NCBI GenBank assembly: GCA_030704615.1 | Contig: JAKLZA010000052.1 | Coordinates: forward strand, 1-17,000 | Direction: 5' to 3' | Source: Takakia lepidozioides | Lineage: Eukaryota; Plantae; Bryophyta | Length of the DNA: 17,000 bases | Part shown: piece after piece, positions 9,701 through 17,000 of the stretch | Numbering within the stretch: position 1 is the first letter of the stretch | Layout of the letters: each line of letters begins with the position of its first letter | Made by a program: the position numbers and the translations under genes | Notes under the pieces: model-generated | The model's database searches: none | Seen by the model: the letters and a program-made list of their open reading frames with translations, nothing else | Told to the model about the DNA's origin: nothing

Positions 9701-11858
9701 AGGGTTCATTTCACACTCACACAGGTGCCCCTGAAGTCCAATTTTGCACCAGAAACATTGAAATGCTCAGCTCAAACAGTGTGCGTTGCCGCACACTGTC
9801 TGAGCTGGCAGTGAAGGGTTCATTTCACACTCACACAGGTGCCCCTGAAGTCCAAAATTTCACCCAGAAACATTGAAATGCTCAGCTCAAACAGTGTGCG
9901 TTGCCGCACACTGTCTGAGCTGGCAGTGAAGGTTCATTTCACACTCACACAGGTGCCCCTGAAGTCCAATTTTTGCACCCAGAAACATTGAAATGCTCAG
10001 CTCAAACAGTGTGCGTTGCCGCACACTGTCTGAGCTGGCAGTGAAGGGTTCTTTTCACACTCACACAGGTGCCCCTGAAGTCCAAATTTTCACCCAGAAA
10101 CATTGAAATGCTCAGCTCAAACAGTGTGCGTTGCCGCACACTGTCTGAGCTGGCAGTGAAGGGTTCTTTTCACACTCACACAGGTGCCCCTGAAGTCCAA
10201 ATTTTGCACCAGAAACATTGAAATGCTCAGCTCAAACAGTGTGCGTTGCCGCACACTGTCTGAGCTGGCAGTGAAGGGTTCTTTCACACTCACACAGGTG
10301 CCCCTGAAGTCCAAATTTTGCACCCAGAAACATTGAAATGCTCAGCTCAAACAGTGTGCGTTGCCGCACACTGTCTGGGCTGGCAGTGAAGGGTTCTTTT
10401 CACACTCACACAGGTGCCCCTGAAGTCCAAATATTTCACCCAGAAACATTGAAATGCTCAGCTCAAACAGTGTGCGTTGCCGCACACTGTCTGAGCTGGC
10501 AGTGAAGGGTTCATTTCACACTCACACGTGCCCCTGAAGTCCAAATTTTCACCAGAAACATTGAAATGCTCAGCTCAAACAGTGTGCGTTGCCGCACACT
10601 GTCTGAGCTGGCAGTGAAGGGTTCTTTTCACACTCACACAGGTGCCCTGAAGTCCAAATTTGCCCAGAAACATTGAAATGCTCAGCTCAAACAGTGTGCG
10701 TTGCCGCACACTGTCTGAGCTGGCAGTGAAGGGTTCTTTCACACTCACACAGGTGCCCCTGAAGTCCAAATATTTCACCCAGAAACATTGAAATGCTCAG
10801 CTCAAACAGTGTGCGTTGCCGCACACTGTCTGAGCTGGCAGTGAAGGGTTCTTTTCACACTCACACAGGTGCCCCTGAAGTCCAAATTTTGCATCCAGAA
10901 ACATTGAAATGCTCAGCTCAAACAGTGTGCGTTGCCGCACACTGTCTGAGCTGGCAGTGAAGGGTTCATTTCACACTAACATAACAGACATCAAGACCAA
11001 ATTTTGAACCTAAAACATTGAAAAGGTCTGCTCAAACATTGTGCGTTGCCGCACGCTGTTGAGCTGGTTTTGAAGGGTTCATTTCAACCTCAGATAACAG
11101 ACAGCAAAGACCAAATTTTGCACCCAGAAACACCGAAATGCCAGCTCAAACAGTGTGCGTTGCCGCACACTGTCTGAGCTGGCAGTGAAGGGTTCATTTC
11201 ACACTCACACAGGTGCCCCTGAAGTCCAAATTTTGCACCCATAAACATTGAAATGCTCAGCTCAAACAGTGTGCGTTGCCGCACACTGTCTGGGCTGGCA
11301 GTGAAGGGTTCTTTTCACACTCACACAGGTGCCCCTGAAGTCCAAATTTTGCACCCAGAAACATTGAAATGCTCAGCTCAAACAGTGTGCGTTGCCGCAC
11401 ACTGTCTGGGCTGGCAGTGAAGGGTTCGTTTCACCCTCACATAACAGACATCAAGACCAAATTTTGCAAGACCAATGGTTCTTTCTTTCACAAATACCTG
11501 CCATTCAAAGCCGAATTCTTCACAAATATGGGTCGTGTGGATTTTACCTTTTTCGTAGCTACTCGAGAAGACTCCCCAGTTGCCGGGGACGCTTTCCGCT
11601 TGGGGCTGCTCTCTTCGCCGACTATGTAGGTGAGCCTCTCCCCTTCCTCTTTCCCGTGGTCAGATCGTTCGTGAGGCCAGTGTCAACATCTTCCTCCATG
11701 TCGTCTGTCTCTCCCTCAGACGCAGTGTCCTCCTCGCCTGTTCCTGGAACTATGGTGGGTTGTTGTTCTTCTCCAGATTCCTGCTCCTCCATCGCCACAC
11801 TTTCCTGTATTCCCTCTTCTTCCTCCTTTTCCTCTTCCTCCACTCTTTCCATCCTCAT
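3733..11858 (-). CDS. Multi-exon ParB/Srx-like domain plus beta-class N4C/N6A DNA methyltransferase-like fusion protein (~1100 aa)
   Basis: Predicted exons, minus strand, GT-AG bounded: ~11858-11498 (acidic, KRK-rich), ~7817-7223 (ParB-like, VWDGNHRLLAW), 7127-6938, 6827-6397, 6277-6054, 5910-5261, 5160-4825 (LII(L)DIPDG, motif IV-like), 4701-4420 (PWRGARERSP..VLDLSMGTG), 4303-~4170/4120 (ASYHACKASARHVFGIEGD). A last exon at ~3973-3733 ending FVDDIAQEVDIDCDDCDT* is possible. Several 1-bp corrections are needed. The start, first-exon linkage and last exon are uncertain. Confidence 0.7.
4170..5160 (-). CDS. DNA methyltransferase-like domain (N6_N4_Mtase type, beta order: motif IV before motif I), three exons
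   Basis: ELII(L)DIPDG (DIPD at 5095-5084) ...W...YWRWVF..FLSDAGVFLV... then ERSPAFIQTM(V)ECCTYTDARVLDLSMGTG|ASYHACKASARHVFGIEGDAEIY. This parallels the KP..L...I...T..GD.VLDPF.GSGTT..A....R..IG.E.D..Y pattern of beta-class amino-MTases. Introns at 4824-4702 and 4419-4304. Confidence 0.8.
7223..7817 (-). CDS. Exon encoding a ParB/Sulfiredoxin-like domain
   Basis: ORF 7174-7701: RLKIPLCRL...VRP...DILKLEAEF..GY.....FYV....FHVWDGNHRLLAW. DGNHR at 7371-7357 matches the ParB/Srx (D)GxHR signature. Donor AG|GTTGGT at 7222. Confidence 0.75.
7818..11497 (-). other. Predicted ~3.7 kb first intron of the ParB-MTase gene, containing the tandem array
   Basis: Candidate donors CAG|GTATTT (11497) or AAG|GTAAAA (11547). 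Candidate acceptors TTCCTCTCTTATAG (~7840) or CCTTGCAG (7818). Acidic coding sequence lies on both sides on the same strand. Confidence 0.55.
8055..11468. repeat. Tandem array of ~30 copies of a 116-bp unit with an internal palindrome
   Basis: Unit: GAAGTCCAAATTTTGCACCCAGAAACATTGAAATGCTCAGCTCAAACAGTGTGCGTTGCCGCACACTGTCTGAGCTGGCAGTGAAGGGTTCATTTCACACTCACACAGGTGCCCCT. The ACAGTGTGCG core recurs at 8055, 8171, 8287, 8402 ... 11266, 11382 (30 counted). Confidence 0.98.
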
Positions 11859-12803
11859 TCTATATCTAGCTCTATTCCTGTTTCTAGAACTCGTGAAGTA
11901 TAATGACTTCCTTCTCTTTCTCCTCCGCTGGAAACAAGGGCTCCCCACGATGCCCCTGGAGCTCTCCAGTTTGACGTTTGCAACAAGTTCTGGTATCGCA
12001 TGTAACAAAAATAAAAATGGACGTTGTCAACCGTATTGGATGGATGCGGGTGTTGATATTGTGTGCGAACGGAATTCATCCATTTTGTCGTCTTTGTATT
12101 ACCCAGCTAATAAAGCGCCGAAGAAAAAGAATATCCGTTGCATGCATTTGCGATATATGTCAGATGTGCTTCGCCGCCTGCCAATACATGGCGGCCTCCT
12201 TGCCTTCTTTCAAATTCGAATGCGCCGTAGAAATGTAGTGCTTTTTCAATTCCGAGCAGTTCTTCCAGATTCGCAATAATTGTTATGCTTCACATATGCA
12301 TCCACGTGTGTTGTGCTGCATGCCCTGTGGTTTTTTTTATGCCGTGACCGTCCCCATGGGGTCATTCGGTATAAAGGATTGTGTCGGATATGACCATGTG
12401 TTGCACACATTCGTGCGAGGTATCTCTTGAAGTGTCGGTGTTTGTTCTGTGCTATTCTGGCGCAACACAATCTCATTACAATCGGATCTTCCTGTTTACT
12501 GCTCTCCAGGGTTGTTGCCGTCATTTCATAATGGATGGTTTCATGTCAATTTCAGGGTTTGTTTTCCATCCAAAAACAGTACGGCTTCTTGTGGCTCTGG
12601 TCTTTCAAAACCGTTTTTCTGGTTGGTGGGAGGTGAATGTGCACGTCATCCCTACATCCTTGGCATGCATCGCCGGCAGCCTTGGGTTTGGTGCTACCCT
12701 TGTTGACCTCAGTTTGCTGGTGGTATTTCCACTTTCGATAATTACGGGCTCTCAGTTCGGGGATTCCGTTCTGCATCGGCAGTTTCGTTCAGTGCTGGAA
12801 AAC
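11859..12803. promoter_or_regulatory. Divergent intergenic region (putative bidirectional promoter and 5' UTRs)
   Basis: Lies between the head-to-head starts of the two element genes. No convincing protein. TATAAA at 12370-12375. Position-based inference only. Confidence 0.35.
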
Positions 12804-15800
12804 ATGTCGAGGGAGCGAGATGCACTCGCTCGATTCCATTCCAATGCAGGTACTCTTCCACTGACTGCCACTGCAGACGACGATGGGTATGCAGTTGTTC
12901 ATGAGGATGAGCTGGTTACAGTGTTCCCGCTGGAGTTGGGTTCTCTGCTTGTTCAGAAAGAGGTGTATGACGAGGATGGGAATTTGGATTCTGGGCACTT
13001 GGAGAAACCCTTGGTTGGCGAGTGTGGAAGGAAGTGGAGAGTCCTTCCAGGAACATACCGTGTCCTTGGAAAAGAGAGAAGACAATCAGCAGGATCAGTC
13101 GTTACCCCTGGCACTGCAGCATCGGTCGTGCAACAGAAGGGCACAGTTCCTGTGAAACAAGAGGTGAGCACATCCACTACCTTCGTTACTCTTTCGGACT
13201 CGTCCTCGGAGGATGTTTCTGAGATTCCTCCGCCAGTGCAAACTCCCTTATTGGATGATGACGAATTGCGCGAGATAACAAGTGTCATTCCAAAATTGAA
13301 AGCCCTCGCAGGTGTGCCTGGGGTGCAAGAGCGAGCTACGTTTTGTTGATTGGGAGTCCCTTCCAGTGCAACGTGTTCAATACGTGCCAGCTCAGTTTGA
13401 TGGGGACATCTTGTTTGAGCTCAACCCTCCCACGTCTTCCAGTGGACTGGCTGGGCTTCTGCAGGGCATGGACAAGAAACATGACGGACATCCTTGGTGC
13501 AGGACAAAAACTTCGAACATCCATAACGACATTGGCTTGAAATTTCGGAGGTCGGTTTGCGTTGGGCATTGCAAGTGCCTGAATATTTCTTGCCCTCGGC
13601 TGAGAAACAGCGCTCAGCCAAACGAAAGTGAGTGGGAAGGTGTGCCCCTGAATCCTTTCACCCCAGGGCTTGCACCTCCCAATACCAATACTTTTGTGTG
13701 CAGGTTCTGCAAACTTTCCCCGTCCTGTGTTTCTGTTTGCCACGCTCGTATGTATCAGGTGGCACATCGATGCAAGACAATGACTCGTGCCTGCATTCAT
13801 ATGGGTGCACACGAGCATCCTGTGTCCAAAGGGAGTTGCAGGGATAGCGTGGACATCGCTAGAAATCTACTGAAGCAAGAGTTCCATAATGCCCCTTCTG
13901 CAACACCTTCTGCTATAGCGCTTGCAGCTAGCAAGGCATTCCTGGAAAAACACATACTGGGTGAAGGGGATCGACACAGCCAATGCTGGATGCAGATTCC
14001 CTTGAGGCAGTCATGGACCATTTCTCCGTGTTGAGCTCTCCCAATATTCGAAACCAGGTGAATGCACTCAGAATGGGCACAGGCACTGCTGGATTCATGG
14101 ACAACATTATGGACCTCAAACGGAGGAGTCGCTATGAATTCATTCAAAACAGTATGTTCCCTGGCCAGGGCTCGTCCAAAGTGTATTTGTTCAAGATGTC
14201 CGCTGTGGGCCAAGGCAGTGGTGTGAGCATTGTCCGCCGAATGCAACCTGGAGGAGATTTGGCTAAATGTTGGTTAATGTTTGATCACTGCAAACGGGTG
14301 AAGGGTTGGACAACCATGGCGTGCCATGTGTATGATCCAGCGTACCAGCGTGTGCTCTCCATAGCAATTTGTGATATGCAGTCGGAGGACACTGAATCCC
14401 AGATGCTCATGTGGAAGTCCCTCCTGCCGTCATGCAGCGCAATGGAATACAGAACACAAACTTTGCGGGCTTCATGGCTGATAGTGCACAGGCAAATTTC
14501 AATGCAGTGCGGCGCGTGTTTGGTTCTGGGGATCCTAAGGTCCCCATGGAAAATAGGGAGCGCACATGCCTCTTCCATTGGAGTCAATCTCTGGCACGTC
14601 ATACAAAGCGCTGCATTCGCCCTGACCTTCAGTTGGAGCATAGAAGGCTCTGTCTGAAGTACAAGAATGCCACCTCAATGGGAGAAGCAGAGAGCACTTA
14701 CCAGGCAATCCGGGCTTGGTGGTTCTCCGCTGGTGCTGCTACAGGTATCCACCTGAAGGAGTTGGAGGACTGGTTGGTTTTCTGGCACTTCAGGTACAGA
14801 CAGTGGGGAGCTTTCATGACGACGGTAAGCCTCACAAGTTTTCCTTAAACACAAATTGCACTTTGCATCGTGCCTGTTCATTTGGGGTTGTTCGATTGTC
14901 ACTTGAATAACCTCTACCATTTCTTTTCCTTCCTCACATTTCCATGCAATGCCTCCTGCAGGACATGTCCTTGGAGGACTTGGCCGACATGCCATCGTGT
15001 AATTTGGCAGAGACTGTTCACAACGCCTGGATGCAACAGTCTACCAAAGCAGGTCGTGACTTGTATGTGGCCACTGCTGATGACATGGTGCGGGCACTTA
15101 CACAACAAACCAGGTACCGCAATTTTCTGATGGGACGGGGTGGAGGGAAGGGCCCCGATTCGACTTTGTTGATGCTAAGGGCTGCGAGTAGGTCCGGAGA
15201 CCCGTCAAAGATGGCCAGAGCTCTAAACAGGTGCACTGAAGGTTCCCTCTGCAATCCAGGCTCCCCCATTTGGAAGGCGAGGAAAGATTTGGATCATGCA
15301 AAAGGAAATTAAACACTCTTCCAGGGTCAGATGGAGATTCCCATAGGCCAGACAGGGTCAATTTCTCTGTGCCAAAGGTGTCTCCAGTGCAGACTAAGTC
15401 CTGTGCCGGCCCCTTCCCAGGTGGGTCCTCCTCCTGTGGAGCAGGTGCGGAACATGCAAGCATAGCAGCGGAAATCCCATTGGAGGAGGTGGTGGCCATG
15501 GTGCAGGAATCTGATTGCATTGATAGTGACTGGCATATAGAACGCACCCCACCAGGATCTAGAGTGGCTTGCATGGCAATTCGGACCCCCTCTTTCAAGA
15601 AATGCAAATCAAAAATATGCAAAGGCTCCAGGGGGACTCCAGCTCCAACATTCACAGGGTTGTTCCGACCTTATCATAGTGGGGAGTCAAAAGAGCACAA
15701 GTTTTGGTTCTGCCCAGACGATATGGCACGATGCGTGAAGGGAACAGTTCGTCCTTCCGTGATAATGAAGCCCCCTCCCCCCGCAATTTGGCCTGTGCAA

Positions 15801-16374
15801 ATTGGGACATCGCTGTCCTCAACCGAGATAAGCATGCTGGAGGAGGGAGGGGTTTTGTCTTGCACGGTCCCGGGTGGTGCCCTTATGCACTGTCGGCACA
15901 GATGTGCCACATGCTCCGACAATGCCTCCACCCGGTGCCAACTCCCACCCAACAAAAAGAGATGGAAAAACAGTGCGCCGTGTTGCTTCGGGTGCAGATC
16001 ACGAATGCAAGATGGAATCGGCTAGAATTTTGCAGGCTACGGTGGCTCGTATCACCGAAGTCCCTTCCCCGGGGTATGGACGGATTTACACAGTGCTGTC
16101 AATTGGCTCAGTTCTTCATGCCAAAGAATATCAAGTTACCATTGGGAATTTCCCATCGTGCACTTGTCCGGATTTTGTAACGATGCGTGAGGGCGCTCTC
16201 GGCATGAGAGGGAAGTGGGTCCCCTGCAAGCATCAATATTACATATACCTTGTAATTATGTGTTGCGACGGTAAGAGAGACCAATTCATTCACCAAGCCA
16301 CACTAGGCTACGGAGAAGTCATCACCCTTCTGCAGCGGGACACCTCGCGTAGAGCTCCGCCAACTTCTCTTTGA
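12804..16374 (+). CDS. Mutator-like transposase, paralog B: GCM-type zinc finger, DDE/CxxH core, Cys-rich domain, SWIM finger (frameshifted, one intron)
   Basis: Probable start MSRERD (12804). GCM-like HPWCRTKTSNIHN..FRRSVCVGHCKC...CRFC...C...HMGAHEHP (13489-13821). WLMFDH (D 14283), FMADSAQAN (D 14480), CLFH (14567-14578), NLAETVH (E 15010). SWIM CTC..PCKH (16159-16233). Stop at 16372-16374. Confidence 0.88.
14825..14961 (+). other. Phase-0 spliceosomal intron in transposase B
   Basis: ACG|GTAAGC ... CCTCCTGCAG|GACATG joins FMTT to DMSLED. Same position as intron 701-785. Confidence 0.88.
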
Positions 16375-16691
16375 ACACATACGAGCCATGCCCGCTTCCC
16401 ATGCTGGTTTCCAGGTTGCCGTGTGAAGACTTTTCATTTTATGACAAACATATACATTTCGTTCACTTGTGAGGGCAAATGCACTTGCGATTCATTGTAA
16501 GCGTCTCTCTGTGAATTGAAATAAACTGTGTCAATCATTCTGAGCTCAAATCTGACATGTTTACATATTCCTCTTTTTTGGCACGCATTGCAGACATGGT
16601 GCATGGTGGCCTCCTTTGTTTTGTCCACGGTAATAGGCCCTCTTCCTGCAATCCTCGCCTATAGGACCTGCTTCTCCAGCAGATTCATGCC

Positions 16692-16790
16692 GCTCACGCT
16701 TCCCTGAAGCGTGAGCTCAGCTCACGCTTCAAAGCTTGAACGTGAGCTCAGCTCCCAGGCTCACGGGGCTGGGCTCACGCCGTAGCTACG
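16692..16790 (-). repeat. Right terminal inverted repeat and subterminal GCTCAC/GTGAGC motif cluster
   Basis: 16751-16790 is the inverted counterpart of 3358-3397. A perfect 27-bp palindrome TGAAGCGTGAGCT-C-AGCTCACGCTTCA lies at 16705-16731. There are six GCTCAC/GTGAGC motifs in ~90 bp. Confidence 0.72.
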
Positions 16791-16900
16791 CTGCTCCAGA
16801 TCGTGCATGTCTTCAGATGTGATGAGGATTGAGGCCGGGGGACCTATCTTGAAGATAATTGGCGTGACACAAGAGGCTTTGGGGGCATCATTGGTAGATA
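16791..16900 (-). pseudogene. 5' part of the interrupted Ulp1/SENP-like gene
   Basis: The minus strand reads VSTNDAPKASCVTPIIFKIGPPASILITSEDMHDLEQ. This resembles the I-x-[IV]-T-x-E-D-[LM]-x-x-L motif that opens C48 protease domains. It continues as SSWMFTGTILD from 3354 downward. Confidence 0.5.
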
Positions 16901-17000
16901 CATAGAGCTACCCGGCAGCTCCAAGTCTGGAAATGATTTAATTGACTTTAGCACAACTGCCACCACATGGTTACCTGCTATTGCTGAAGGCACCAGCTGC

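Larger units (their letters stand above)
3358..16790. mobile_element. ~13.4 kb TIR DNA transposon carrying a GCM-DDE-SWIM transposase, a ParB-like/DNA-methyltransferase-like gene and an intronic 116-bp tandem array
   Basis: Imperfect inverted termini (3358-3397 vs 16751-16790). CTG lies directly outside both ends (3355-3357, 16791-16793). The flanks rejoin into one reading frame, and there is an internal transposase. Confidence 0.75.

Noticed and set aside
8055-11468. CRISPR array
   Set aside because: Whole units are repeated with no unique spacers, there are no cas genes, and the context is eukaryotic and spliced.
8055-11468. 5S rRNA or tRNA gene cluster (unit ~116 bp)
   Set aside because: No recognisable 5S or tRNA sequence or A/B/C boxes, and no spacer between units.
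7962-11629. Repetitive ORFs such as MLSSNSVRCRTLSELAVKG and MRQRTLFELSISMF
   Set aside because: These are by-products of the tandem array. 116 is not a multiple of 3 and the frames break constantly.
11392-12279. 295-aa Ser-rich plus-strand ORF
   Set aside because: It is the antisense shadow of the Glu-rich minus-strand exon and has no domain features.
12381-12803. Hydrophobic N-terminal extension of the 322-aa ORF as a membrane domain
   Set aside because: The sequence is T-rich and UTR/intron-like. The ATG at 12804 is a more plausible start, though this is unproven.

Overview
This is eukaryotic DNA with GT-AG introns, probably from a plant (inference from a TTTAGGG-type motif and intron style). 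It is almost entirely nested DNA transposons. A ~13.4 kb element (3358-16790) has imperfect 40-bp terminal inverted repeats and a CTG on each side. It is inserted into a minus-strand gene with a Ulp1/SENP-like motif, whose reading frame rejoins when the element is removed. The element carries two divergent genes. On + (12804-16374) is a Mutator-like transposase with GCM-type zinc finger, DDE/CxxH core and SWIM finger. On - (~11858 to ~3733) is a multi-exon gene fusing a ParB/Srx-like domain (DGNHR) to a beta-class N4-cytosine/N6-adenine DNA methyltransferase-like domain. That gene's first intron holds about 30 tandem copies of a 116-bp palindrome-containing repeat. The left end (1-2198) is the 3' part of a diverged paralogous transposase with the same intron position. 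The many 1-bp frameshifts mostly sit at homopolymer runs and look like long-read errors rather than decay. All domain calls come from motif recognition by eye, not database searches.
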